Shown in pieces: positions 28,457 through 38,191 of a stretch of 64,000 nt of DNA; position 1 is the first letter of the stretch; every line of letters begins with the position of its first letter. Under the pieces are notes generated by a model, which was given only the letters and a program-made list of their open reading frames with translations, searched no databases and was not told the origin of the DNA. Both the position numbers and the translations under genes were made by a program. The stretch comes from a bacterium (GTDB lineage: Bacteria; Planctomycetota; Planctomycetia; Pirellulales; Pirellulaceae): positions 35,460 through 99,459 of the forward strand of contig WGNR01000013.1 in assembly GCA_016124445.1 (NCBI GenBank), written 5' to 3'.

Positions 28457-30676
28457 TTAGCGTGCCGCTCGGACAACGGCGTAGTTGCCGCGAACTTCGA
28501 CGACAACCAATTTCTGACCTGATTCGATCGCGTCACCTTCCGAGGTGACGTTGACGATCTCGTGTCCGATCTTCGCTTTGCCGCTGGGACGCAACGGGGT
28601 CAGCGCTTGTCCGGTGTTTCCCACCAGATGCGAAAGATCAACGATCGTCTCGCGGCGGCGGATTTCTTCCATCTCTTCTTCATCGGGCGCGTTCAGGATC
28701 GATTCGTTCAGGTACGGGGTTCGCGGCAGGATATATTTGGCCAAGAATGCCGCGGCGATCATCCCGCCAAACAGCACCACGACACTTCCCAGACTGTAGG
28801 GCACCTGATCAAGTTCGTAATCGGTCGTCGGCCAGATGAATGTCTGCATCGCCAGGACAACCGAAGTAATCACCATCAGCCCGCCGCCCAGCCCGAATAT
28901 ACCAAAGCCAGGCAGTACCAGAACCTCCATCAAAATGAAGAACAAGCCGCCGACAAACAGCATCGCCTCCAACCAACCGGCTGTTCCGTTTAAGAACCTG
29001 CTCCAGAAGAACAAACCGAAACAAATCACAGCGACAAAACCAGGCACGCCAATTCCGGGTGCCTTCAGTTCGCTTATCAGGGCGATCACACCAACAAACA
29101 GGCAGAAGAACGCGAGGCTAGGACTGGCCAGAATTTCGATGAATTCGTGCGCCCAATTCTGTTTCGGAACGGCCAGTTCAGCTGGCAGGCCGTAACGCCG
29201 GGTAACGTCGGCCAGGCTCGTTGCGCTCGAATCGGCAACGCCCCAATCGAGGGCTTGCGTTCCGGTTAACTGCAATGGCACGCCAGGCTCGGTGATCTCC
29301 TTTCCCTTCTGCCATTGATCGGCATTGGGAAGCTCGGCCGCTTCACGCGGGCAAAGGAACTTGGTCAAACCGGTCCCTGGCTTGTCGTAGCGATAAACTT
29401 CGAGATCAGGCGAATTCATCGCCGCCCAAACCGACCACGAGCGGCTGGCTTCTGGCGACACACTCTCCAAGTAGTTCTCCAGATCCTTACGTCCCGTTTT
29501 GGTGTATTGATAGTTGCCGGCGCCTCCCAGCTTGGCGTCCGGGGCAATCGAAATCTCGTCACATGCCATGGCAATCAACGAGGCGTTCGAGGTTGCTTCG
29601 TCCTGGATCAACGCCACCGTGTGCACTGAATCAGGCAGACCCAGCAAATAGTTCACCATGTTTTCGCAGGCAATCGGATCCCCCCCTTGCGACTTCAGAT
29701 CGATCAGCACGAAATTGACGCCGCCGGCGATCGCGTCTTGCATCGAAAGCGAGGTCCGCTGAACCATACGGTTGGAGATCTCGCCGTCCATGATGAAGCG
29801 GGCCGCCTTCCAGTCTCGATCGAGCCCGATGTCCTGAGCCAACTGGTTTTCAGGCACGCCTAGCACTGCGGCTAACTGACGATGGTCCTGGCTGACATGG
29901 CTGATGAGTTGCAGGTCTTGTCGTAGCTGCGTCGCGGTGAACAGTGCCATTTGTCCGCGAGCGACTAGTTTCTGGGAAGTGGCGACGCCCCCTTCCTCCT
30001 TCAACTTGTCGTACTCTTGGCCATCGACGAAGCGGCGGTCGTTTACTCGGTAGATTTCCAGGTTAGGATCCAACATCCCGAGTGCCAGCTCAGGCGGCAG
30101 CACGCTACGGAAGCCAGCGATCTCTTTGTAGGCCAGTCGCATCGTTTCCGAGATCGAGTTCTCGTCGATCCCCGCGTTGCCCAACTGGGCATCGGGGTGC
30201 ATCACAATCTGTTCGCAGGCCAGCGGGATCAGGACCGCGTGTCCTTCGATCGGGCCTTTCAGGTAGGCGACCGTCTTGAGCCGCGTCGCCGCTTTCGAGG
30301 TCAAAAACCGAGCGATCGCCAGACTGCGTTCGAATTCGCTGCCGCGCGTCGAACCATCGGGCTTGCCTTCCAGTTCCAAGATCACCACCGGCCGCTCGTC
30401 CTGATCGGAAAGCCGCGAGAGAAGTTTCTGCAGGCTTCCTTTGACGTTGGTATCGACCGAGCCGGTAATTGGCAGCGGCACCCCAAGACGAACGGCAGAG
30501 AGCTTTTGAACGGCGTCTGCGTCGATCTTCTCGTTTTCGGCCTGATCTGGCTGGACTTTGTCCTTCGCCCGTTGGTCGTTCGGTTGCGAACGTCCCACCG
30601 AGGGGAAAAGTAAAACCAGAACCAGGAGCAGAAACTTCTCTGCCCGACAGATCCAGGTGCCGCGAGCTTTGAACAT
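28457..30676 (-). CDS. Long NfeD family protein with two ClpP/crotonase-like domains
   Basis: Signal peptide; LACEQIVMHP.AQLG and MACDEISIAP.AKLG repeats; ELKAPGIGVPG TM block; TPLRPSGKA OB-fold. Confidence 0.88.
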   Translation of the reverse strand: MFKARGTWICRAEKFLLLVLVLLFPSVGRSQPNDQRAKDKVQPDQAENEKIDADAVQKLSAVRLGVPLPITGSVDTNVKGSLQKLLSRLSDQDERPVVILELEGKPDGSTRGSEFERSLAIARFLTSKAATRLKTVAYLKGPIEGHAVLIPLACEQIVMHPDAQLGNAGIDENSISETMRLAYKEIAGFRSVLPPELALGMLDPNLEIYRVNDRRFVDGQEYDKLKEEGGVATSQKLVARGQMALFTATQLRQDLQLISHVSQDHRQLAAVLGVPENQLAQDIGLDRDWKAARFIMDGEISNRMVQRTSLSMQDAIAGGVNFVLIDLKSQGGDPIACENMVNYLLGLPDSVHTVALIQDEATSNASLIAMACDEISIAPDAKLGGAGNYQYTKTGRKDLENYLESVSPEASRSWSVWAAMNSPDLEVYRYDKPGTGLTKFLCPREAAELPNADQWQKGKEITEPGVPLQLTGTQALDWGVADSSATSLADVTRRYGLPAELAVPKQNWAHEFIEILASPSLAFFCLFVGVIALISELKAPGIGVPGFVAVICFGLFFWSRFLNGTAGWLEAMLFVGGLFFILMEVLVLPGFGIFGLGGGLMVITSVVLAMQTFIWPTTDYELDQVPYSLGSVVVLFGGMIAAAFLAKYILPRTPYLNESILNAPDEEEMEEIRRRETIVDLSHLVGNTGQALTPLRPSGKAKIGHEIVNVTSEGDAIESGQKLVVVEVRGNYAVVRAAR

Positions 30677-30848
30677 GCGGAAACCTATCTAAGCAGGGAA
30701 CAAACGCGTCGTGTTGGGCCAATATTTTTCAGCAATTGAATTATAGCGCGTCGTGAAAAAGGGCAAAAGAAAATCCACCCTCCCGATTCGTGAAAGAATC
30801 GAGAAGGTGGATATTGTGCTAATCGAGGCGATTTGGGCTAGTTGAAAA

Positions 30849-31892
30849 CTACCTCGGAATTCCCTGATTGGGACGAGTGGCGTTGGCCGGAACTTGCCCG
30901 CCAGGCTGCATCGGTACCTGGTTCTGCTGGACAACTCGTGTCCAGCCACTGGGAAGCGCTGGTTGATAAAACGATCGTGAGAACATTTGTTTGATATTGT
31001 CGGTAATACCACCCTCTTCGTAGGTCTTGCGATCCTCGAACATGTAAACCGTTCTCGAAAAGTTAGGCACATTGGGCGGCTGAGCATCCGGATTGTAGTT
31101 GCGATCGAACACTTCGATGGCAAACGGAAGGAACTCCGCTCGATCGATCAGGATCGAAATGAACTTGTACTCGGCCGCATCTTCGGGACGCTTGGGCCAG
31201 GCTTCCAGCCAGTACTCGTTCGGGTTATTGGTTTGGTGCGGCGAAACTCGCATCCAGAAGCGAGCCAGGATATCTGCCTTTTTCGCACCGAACAAAAACG
31301 GCAACGGGCCGTTCGTAATCGCCTGACCTTGCTGCTCTGGCGGCAGTGGCCAAACCTTGAGTTGCTTCGATGGCACGTCGAATTCAAATATCGACTTGCC
31401 ATCGCAAACCCAATGTTCGTTCACTTCGTTCGGTCGGACCTGGTACTGGGCCGGCTGACCATCTTTGGGGGGTGTATAGTGCTGGATCGAAGAGACCTCA
31501 AACAGCCCCTTATCAGGCTTTTCATACTTAATCACCCCTTCACTGATGGTCTTGAAGGTGTCTTTGTTCGGCGGGCCGAAGACGGTGTCGTACTCCCACC
31601 GCTTGAACTTCGCTTCGTAGTGGTGAACCTTGCCGCTGCGGAACTCCCAAAAGCCAAGAATCTGGTCAATAAATTGAGCTTCTTGTTGACTGATCTGGAA
31701 CGGAGCAGGCAACTGCTGCTGACCACCCATTGGCTGACCAGCGACCATACCAGGCTGCGGATTGCCCTGGGGCTGCCCATTTTGAGCAAGGCCGAGAGGT
31801 TGGCCAAAGTTGTTGGGGGCCTGAGCGAAGCTGACATTGCCGGCGATGGCCGAGAAGACCATGCACGCCGCGAGGAAGATTCCATTCTTCAT
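30849..31892 (-). CDS. Planctomycete-specific secreted protein (TIGR03009-like, LolA-like fold)
   Basis: Signal peptide; FKRWEYD.VF, G.IKYEKPDKG, EHWVCDGKSIFEFD, GPLPFLFG. Confidence 0.7.
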   Translation of the reverse strand: MKNGIFLAACMVFSAIAGNVSFAQAPNNFGQPLGLAQNGQPQGNPQPGMVAGQPMGGQQQLPAPFQISQQEAQFIDQILGFWEFRSGKVHHYEAKFKRWEYDTVFGPPNKDTFKTISEGVIKYEKPDKGLFEVSSIQHYTPPKDGQPAQYQVRPNEVNEHWVCDGKSIFEFDVPSKQLKVWPLPPEQQGQAITNGPLPFLFGAKKADILARFWMRVSPHQTNNPNEYWLEAWPKRPEDAAEYKFISILIDRAEFLPFAIEVFDRNYNPDAQPPNVPNFSRTVYMFEDRKTYEEGGITDNIKQMFSRSFYQPALPSGWTRVVQQNQVPMQPGGQVPANATRPNQGIPR

Positions 31893-31987
31893 CGAGGTTT
31901 TCCGCTTTCGAGGGGGACCAGATCGGACTGGGCGAACCAGCCATGGGGGAAACGAATGAGGATCGTATCAGATCGCCAACATGCAAC

Positions 31988-32605
31988 CTAGATCGAATCT
32001 TCCTGGCGAGCTAGCAGCGGGACCAATTCGTCCAGATGTCGTGCGATATGCGTGGCCAGCTCGGCACCTTGCATCCCTTGGTGATCCTGCCCGCCGGTAT
32101 ACAGAATAGACGCGCAACCGGCATTCTGGGCGGTAAGCAGGTCGAGATAAAAATCACCCACCATCACGACCTGACTGACCGGAAGTTGCCAGCGACGGCA
32201 GATCTCTTGAATCGCCCACGGATCTGGCTTGTGCGGCCCATCTTCCCGGCAGAGGACCACATCAAAGAAATGCTCGATTCCCAGCTTGGCCAGCGTATGC
32301 TGCGTGGTCGGTCGGCTATTGCGTGTCAGAATTGCCATCAATCTGCCTTGCTGCCGGATCGCTTCCAACAGCGGCTGGGCTCCTTCGATCAATCGAGCTC
32401 GGTCCGCTCCGGCAAATTCGTGGCGATGCAGGATTTCTTCCTTAGTTCGTCGGTCGTCATCTGTAAGGCGCGATAATTGCTCCAAAATGGGAAGACCGGC
32501 GGTCAGGCCCATTTCGCTTCGCATGGCGGTAAAGTCGAGCCCGGAGTCGACAAGCGTCCCGTCCATGTCGAAGATAACGCCTTGGAGTTGGCCCAGCACA
32601 CTCAT
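31988..32605 (-). CDS. HAD family hydrolase
   Basis: FDMDGTLVDS, LTRN, KPDP, MVGD. Confidence 0.92.
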   Translation of the reverse strand: MSVLGQLQGVIFDMDGTLVDSGLDFTAMRSEMGLTAGLPILEQLSRLTDDDRRTKEEILHRHEFAGADRARLIEGAQPLLEAIRQQGRLMAILTRNSRPTTQHTLAKLGIEHFFDVVLCREDGPHKPDPWAIQEICRRWQLPVSQVVMVGDFYLDLLTAQNAGCASILYTGGQDHQGMQGAELATHIARHLDELVPLLARQEDSI

Positions 32606-32638
32606 GTTTGCCTGCGATCTTAAAAGGATGCCGATTCG

Positions 32639-33634
32639 ATGAAAGTTGCCGTATTTGGAACCAAGTCGTACGACAAAAAGTTTCTTCTAGCTGCCAGCGA
32701 AGGAACCAACGTTGAGTGGAAATTCATCGAGCCTCGACTAACCGCCACCACCGCACCGCTGGCCAATCCATTCGAGGCGATCTGCTGCTTCGTGAACGAC
32801 GAAATCTCGGCGGATGTGCTCGAAATGCTGGCCGTAGGCAAGACGCGACTGATTGCGATGCGATGCGCCGGTTACAACAACGTCGACCTTCACAAGGCCC
32901 ACCAGTTGGAGATCAAGGTGGCTCGCGTCCCCGCGTACAGCCCGTATGCTGTCGCCGAACATGCCGTCGGACTAATCCTGGCTCTCAACCGAAAGTACCA
33001 CAAGGCCTACAACCGAGTTCGTGAAGGAGATTTTTCGCTGGCCGGTATGCTGGGCTTCGATCTGCATGGACTGACGGTTGGCGTGATCGGAACCGGCAAG
33101 ATCGGGCAACTCTTTGCCAAAATCATGCATGGCTTCGGCTGCAACCTGTTGGCCTTCGATGTCCACCCGTCGGACGAGTGCACCCGGCTAGGCGTGAAGT
33201 ATGTCGAAATGCCAGAGCTTTTGGCCCAATCCGATATCATCTCGCTGCACTGCCCTCTCCTGCCTTCGACCAGGCATTTGATCAACGATGGCGCCATCGC
33301 GCAGATGAAACAAGGAGTCATGCTGATCAATACCAGCCGTGGCGGTCTGATCGATACCACGGCCGCCATCCGCGGATTGAAGTCCGCGCAGCTAGGTTCG
33401 CTGGGCATCGACGTCTACGAGGAAGAAGCGGATCTGTTCTTTGAAGACATGTCGGAAACGGTGATTCAAGACGATGTCTTTGCCCGGTTGGTGACGTTCC
33501 CCAACGTGCTGGTCACCGGGCATCAGGGTTTCTTCACTCAAAACGCTCTCGAAGCGATCGCCCAGGTCACCGTCGACAACATTCGGCAATTCGCCTCAGG
33601 CGAGCCACTGAGCAACGAAGTGGCCGTAAGCTAA
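32639..33634 (+). CDS. ldhA: D-lactate dehydrogenase (D-2-hydroxyacid dehydrogenase)
   Basis: RCAGYNNVD, RVPAYSPYAVAEH, GTGKIG, INTSRG, DVYEEE, TGHQGF. Confidence 0.93.
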   Translation: MKVAVFGTKSYDKKFLLAASEGTNVEWKFIEPRLTATTAPLANPFEAICCFVNDEISADVLEMLAVGKTRLIAMRCAGYNNVDLHKAHQLEIKVARVPAYSPYAVAEHAVGLILALNRKYHKAYNRVREGDFSLAGMLGFDLHGLTVGVIGTGKIGQLFAKIMHGFGCNLLAFDVHPSDECTRLGVKYVEMPELLAQSDIISLHCPLLPSTRHLINDGAIAQMKQGVMLINTSRGGLIDTTAAIRGLKSAQLGSLGIDVYEEEADLFFEDMSETVIQDDVFARLVTFPNVLVTGHQGFFTQNALEAIAQVTVDNIRQFASGEPLSNEVAVS

Positions 33635-34101
33635 AGGGTCACGCTGGCCAGCTTCAGGATCGCGTCGAATTCCTTCTTGCGGACTGGCTGGACCGAAAGA
33701 CGGGAACCTTTGCGCATCAGTTCCATATCGGCAAGTGCTTTCACGCAGGTAAGTTGATCTCGGCCGAGGGCTTCGGGGAATTTCTTTTTCAACTTAATAT
33801 CGACCATGAACCAACGAGGGTTTTCCGGCGTGCTTTTGGGATCGTAGTGGTGGTCGTTCTCATCCCACGAAGTGTGATCGGGATACGATTCCTTTACCAC
33901 TTCCGCGATGCCCACGATGGCCGGGGGGTCGGCATTGGAATGGTAGAACAGCACCAGGTCCCCTTTTTTCATGTCGTCTCGCATGAAATTCCGGGCCTGG
34001 TAGTTACGAACACCTGACCAGAAAGTCGTCTTTTTCTTCTCATGAGCCAGATCGTCGATCGAATAAGATTCAGGCTCGGTCTTCATCAGCCAGTAATTCA
34101 T
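33631..34101 (-). CDS. EVE domain protein
   Basis: YWLMKTEP, WSGVRNYQARNF, FYHSN, YDPKS..ENPRW, SRLSVQPV. Confidence 0.95.
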   Translation of the reverse strand: MNYWLMKTEPESYSIDDLAHEKKKTTFWSGVRNYQARNFMRDDMKKGDLVLFYHSNADPPAIVGIAEVVKESYPDHTSWDENDHHYDPKSTPENPRWFMVDIKLKKKFPEALGRDQLTCVKALADMELMRKGSRLSVQPVRKKEFDAILKLASVTL

Positions 34102-34288
34102 CGTCAGTTGCTATCACTCTTGGAAGGCAGCGGGCCGGAGCCCATTTTTATGTCCGCAGCAAAACGGTTAGGATAAACCACCGGTCCCATGGCTGTCACG
34201 GGGCTGAAACGTGAACTTGACTCACAGGCAACAATTCCGGACAAACGTCGCGTTTTGAATTTCCTCCGGTTTTGAGAGTCCTTGGAAT

Positions 34289-35194
34289 TTGAATAGCTTA
34301 TCGAGAAAGAGCGACCATTTCCTGGCGATTCCCATGTTCGCCGCAACGGTGGGAATGCTCACCTTCTTTGCGCTGACAGTTCAGGAGTTTCTGACCGAGT
34401 CAGAACAATCGCAGACCCGGCTGCTGGCCTTCTTCTGGCTGACGCTGTCCTTCTATCCCATTTTCTGGATCGAAGCGACCTGGCACTTTTGGATTGAAAG
34501 CCCCCGACGCTGGTGGACGCTGTTGACCTGTGCCGTGCCGCCCCTCCGGTTGGCCCGCCGTGACATGCAGGAAGGAACATCCATGTGGTTGCCGGTCCTG
34601 GGCTGGCGGCATGTCGACGAAGACTTTCACGAAGAGATGGAACGCTATTTGAGCATTCCAATGATTCTGATTGCAGTGGCGATCCTACCGCTGCTGGCCC
34701 TCGAATTTGTCTGGACCAGCCAGATGGAAATCCATCCCTGGCTGCGTGTGACGGTCGAAACCGGCTACAGCATCACTTGGCTGGCATTCACGATGGAATT
34801 CATCGTGATGGTTTCAATCGTTGATAAGAAGATCGAATATCTCAAAAAGCATTGGGTCGATTTGTTGATTGTCTGCCTGCCGCTGGTCGCGTTCCTGCGA
34901 GTCTTCCGCATGACGCAGCTCCTGCGTCTGCAGCAAGTCACCCGGGTAACGCGTATCTATCGCATGCGAGGTCTGGCCGTTCGCGTCTGGCGCGGTCTTT
35001 TGGCGATGGACGTGATCAGCCGTCTGCTCCGCGTCTCGCCAGAAACCAAGATCGAGGCGATGCGGCAACTGATCGAAGAAAAGCAACGCGAGATCGAAAA
35101 GCTGGAAGAAGAAATCGAAGAATTGCAGGCCACGCTTCAGCCCTGTTCGCAATCGGCACCCGATGCAACGGTACCTGAATCAGAAGCGGCCTAA
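34289..35194 (+). CDS. Voltage-sensor-domain-like membrane protein with no pore domain and a C-terminal coiled coil
   Basis: S2 W..F..E, S3 YLKKHWVDLLIV.LP, S4 RxxRxxQxxRxxQxxRxxRxxR; no GYG or other pore motif. The start is uncertain (TTG 34289 or ATG 34334). Confidence 0.75.
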   Translation: MNSLSRKSDHFLAIPMFAATVGMLTFFALTVQEFLTESEQSQTRLLAFFWLTLSFYPIFWIEATWHFWIESPRRWWTLLTCAVPPLRLARRDMQEGTSMWLPVLGWRHVDEDFHEEMERYLSIPMILIAVAILPLLALEFVWTSQMEIHPWLRVTVETGYSITWLAFTMEFIVMVSIVDKKIEYLKKHWVDLLIVCLPLVAFLRVFRMTQLLRLQQVTRVTRIYRMRGLAVRVWRGLLAMDVISRLLRVSPETKIEAMRQLIEEKQREIEKLEEEIEELQATLQPCSQSAPDATVPESEAA

Positions 35195-35847
35195 CGCCCG
35201 ACCAATTCTAGGGTTGTCCAGATGCTGGGGTCTTCGTCGATGGGGAATTGCGTGTTGACGCTTTGGGTTTGCCAGCCCAGTTCGCGATCCATCACCGCGT
35301 AGAAGAAGCCAAGCTTGTCGTATTCGCTCGGATCGTAGCCCGTCAGGCTGGTCGCCGGAACGCAGCATTCCAGCAGGTAACCATCTTTGGTCAATGTTGC
35401 TCGGACCCGAAGATCGCCGGGACGGACCGGGTTGGCGTTTTCGCGAGCACGGTTAATCAGCAGTTGATCACCCACCGGGTTGCGATAGCTTGGCCCGCCG
35501 CCAATCGGCAGAAAGACAAACCGGTGGCAAAACCGCGTGGCGCGGTGAACGTTGTGCGTGGCCCTGGTATCGATCCAGACCTGAAAGCCATCGCTCTCGT
35601 CGACACGGCTTTCGCGGCACCAGACAGGTTGCCGCTTGCCTTTGACCTGGACTGAAAACGACACGCCTCGTTCGTTCCAGCCTCCACGTACGTCGGCGAA
35701 TTGCTTGCGGCTGTCGAGTTCGCCAAAACCACGCAGTTGGTAGTCGTCTGTATAAGCCAGCGGACGATCGTGCCAGATCTTTTCGCGGTAATTCAGCGGC
35801 AGCGAGTAGTGAAACAGGAAGGATGGTGAGAGGACCGATTTCGCCAT
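35191..35847 (-). CDS. Hypothetical protein, CBM9/DOMON-like beta-sandwich
   Basis: GWNERG, SDGFQVWIDTR, GYLLECCVP..L, PSIWTTLEL pattern. Confidence 0.6.
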   Translation of the reverse strand: MAKSVLSPSFLFHYSLPLNYREKIWHDRPLAYTDDYQLRGFGELDSRKQFADVRGGWNERGVSFSVQVKGKRQPVWCRESRVDESDGFQVWIDTRATHNVHRATRFCHRFVFLPIGGGPSYRNPVGDQLLINRARENANPVRPGDLRVRATLTKDGYLLECCVPATSLTGYDPSEYDKLGFFYAVMDRELGWQTQSVNTQFPIDEDPSIWTTLELVGR

Positions 35848-35915
35848 GAGCTTGTCTGTTTCGCCGTTCGAAAAGTTCGCATTTCAAGAAGTTCGCAGGG
35901 ACGACCTGGGCCGGC

Positions 35916-36650
35916 CTACACTTCTGGTTTGGTTCCCGTGAAGATGTAGTACGGGGTCTTAAACCAAAGCAGGTAGGGCACCTTGGCCCGGTTCTCTTCC
36001 AGTTTGGTCGTTTTGAAGTGCCGCCGCAAATAGGGGAGATGATCACGTGACGGAAATACATTGTCTGAAGCGAACCAGACGGGCCAAAAGCTGCGTGAAA
36101 ACCACTTGTGCCGCTTCATATCTTCGTCGGGAAATTTCCGCGAGACATAAAAGTCGACCACCCCGATCGTCCCGCCTGGCTTCAGAATTCGCAGTGCGTT
36201 GTCGATCGCGGCGAACCAATCGGGAATCATCGTCAGCGAATACGAAAAGGTCACCACGTCGGCGTAGCCCTCTTCAGGCGTCCAGGTTGTGGCGTCCGCT
36301 TCAACCGTCTTCACATTGTTCCAACCACGTTCTTCGATCCGCTGATCGCAGACCTTCAGCAGCGACGACGCCAGATCGACCACGTAGGCTTGCTTGAGCC
36401 CTTCGATTCGATCGGCGATGAACTCGAGATTCGATCCCGTTCCGCCCCCCATATCGACCCAGACGGCATCGGCCGGCGGCTGAATCGACTGGTACATCTC
36501 CTCCCGCCCTTTTAGCAGGCGTTTGCGGAAATCATCGTAGGCACCGGCCTGACCGCTGTAGAAATTATCGAGGCGTTCGGCGTGATTCTCACCGCGGACC
36601 GGTTTGACGGCCAGGTGATATAAGACTTTCAGGTCTGAAGCCAGACTCAT
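35916..36650 (-). CDS. btaB: SAM-dependent methyltransferase, BtaB-like (betaine lipid synthesis)
   Basis: [44 protein letters not shown]; adjacent to btaA. Confidence 0.75.
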   Translation of the reverse strand: MSLASDLKVLYHLAVKPVRGENHAERLDNFYSGQAGAYDDFRKRLLKGREEMYQSIQPPADAVWVDMGGGTGSNLEFIADRIEGLKQAYVVDLASSLLKVCDQRIEERGWNNVKTVEADATTWTPEEGYADVVTFSYSLTMIPDWFAAIDNALRILKPGGTIGVVDFYVSRKFPDEDMKRHKWFSRSFWPVWFASDNVFPSRDHLPYLRRHFKTTKLEENRAKVPYLLWFKTPYYIFTGTKPEV

Positions 36651-36719
36651 TGGCTGCTCCGCGTGATGCCGGTCTTAAGGTGGCAGGTCGTTTCTCTAGG
36701 CGAGCGAAGAAGTCCGAAC

Positions 36720-37919
36720 CTAGGCCGCGATGTCCGCGATACGGAAGGCACCATAGGTGTGAACGCGATCTTTGGCATGGAGCTCGTCGGCCAGTTCCTG
36801 GTTATAGGTCAGCAGTTCGCCAACCTGTTTCTTCTGGCCGTTGTGGGTGACCTCGACTTCGTCAACGAAATCGGTGTTCAAACCGCCGGTTCGCCAGATG
36901 ATACGGGCATCTTCCTGCCCCTGCATTCGCTCGACAATCGCCTGCCACTCGTTTTCAAGCGCGAAGTACAGCTTGTCGGTCAGCCAGTCCTGGTGATCCA
37001 GCAGCACCAAGCGATGAAGTGGGTTATCGCCGTGCTTTTCGAGAAAATGCTGCACCGATTCGGTGTGCGTGCTAACCTTATGAACCAGCCCGTCTTTCAG
37101 CTTCTGGAAATTGTCAGGCTTGAGGTACTCAGGCGAGCAGTCCTCGGTGTATTGCCCGGTCACGTAAACCCGCCAGAAGTAGTTGTCGTGGATCGGCAGC
37201 TCCGCGAAGACGGCACGCATATTGTCTTGAACAAAGTCAACGATACCGTTGGCATACTGCTTTTCAAGGTGCTCTCGCTGGGCACGCGGCACACCAACCA
37301 GACTCCAGGTTGTATCGCGGCTCATCGCGAATTTGAGCGGGCCAGTCCAAAGCTTCTTGTCGATGATCGTGAAGATCTCGCGTTGTTCTTCCAGGGTCTT
37401 CGCGTCCAGCAGATCGAGAACCTTGGATCGCATCCGCAGCACGTTGTCGACGTACATGTTCACCACTTTGGCGAACGCACCGGATGTGCCACGGAAGTAG
37501 AAGCTGCGGCGACGGCGCGGGCGGAAGTATTTAATCTTCCGATCCCAATAGCTGCGCGACCATTCTGGCAGCGAACCGCGCAATTTCTGCTTGTACGTTT
37601 CTTTGAAGTTGAGCAGTTGCCCTTTGCCGAACATGGAGAAGAAGTCCTCATACTCCAAGTTCTGGATCGCAGCTTTCTTCAGATCCAAAAGAGCGTTCTG
37701 TCGCGGATTCATATCCACGGCGTAAACGTGATTCGCTCCGGCCAGCACGTAGTCCAGTGCGTTGCAGCCAGCCGAGGTAATCACCATCACGTTGTGATGC
37801 GGTTGAATCTCGAGGGCAACCCGATCGAGTCGAGGGTCTTCCCAGCAAGTGTTGTAGACTAAATTGTTACGGTGAACGAAGTTAAAGACGCGACCTCGAA
37901 CCCAGCTAACCAATGCCAT
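36720..37919 (-). CDS. btaA: SAM:diacylglycerol 3-amino-3-carboxypropyltransferase (DUF3419/BtaA)
   Basis: [50 protein letters not shown]. Confidence 0.88.
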   Translation of the reverse strand: MALVSWVRGRVFNFVHRNNLVYNTCWEDPRLDRVALEIQPHHNVMVITSAGCNALDYVLAGANHVYAVDMNPRQNALLDLKKAAIQNLEYEDFFSMFGKGQLLNFKETYKQKLRGSLPEWSRSYWDRKIKYFRPRRRRSFYFRGTSGAFAKVVNMYVDNVLRMRSKVLDLLDAKTLEEQREIFTIIDKKLWTGPLKFAMSRDTTWSLVGVPRAQREHLEKQYANGIVDFVQDNMRAVFAELPIHDNYFWRVYVTGQYTEDCSPEYLKPDNFQKLKDGLVHKVSTHTESVQHFLEKHGDNPLHRLVLLDHQDWLTDKLYFALENEWQAIVERMQGQEDARIIWRTGGLNTDFVDEVEVTHNGQKKQVGELLTYNQELADELHAKDRVHTYGAFRIADIAA

Positions 37920-38191
37920 CTCGGCCCTCGAACATTTAGATCGGGCAAGGAAAGGGTGCCCAGTGATAGGTGTACCCGGCCAACACTCGGTGCCTGAAGA
38001 TCAGCACCTCGCAGTAACTCATTGATTGTAGGGGGTTGGCGAGCAATCACAAGCGGCGCTGCGACCTATTTCCCCTCCATTTCCCTGCTTCATACATAAG
38101 ATTTACCCATTGTCCGGTTCCCATCGACGCCTTACCAGCGACGTTAAGTCACACCCAGAAAGGGGGTCCACCCGAAACAGAGTAACCATCG

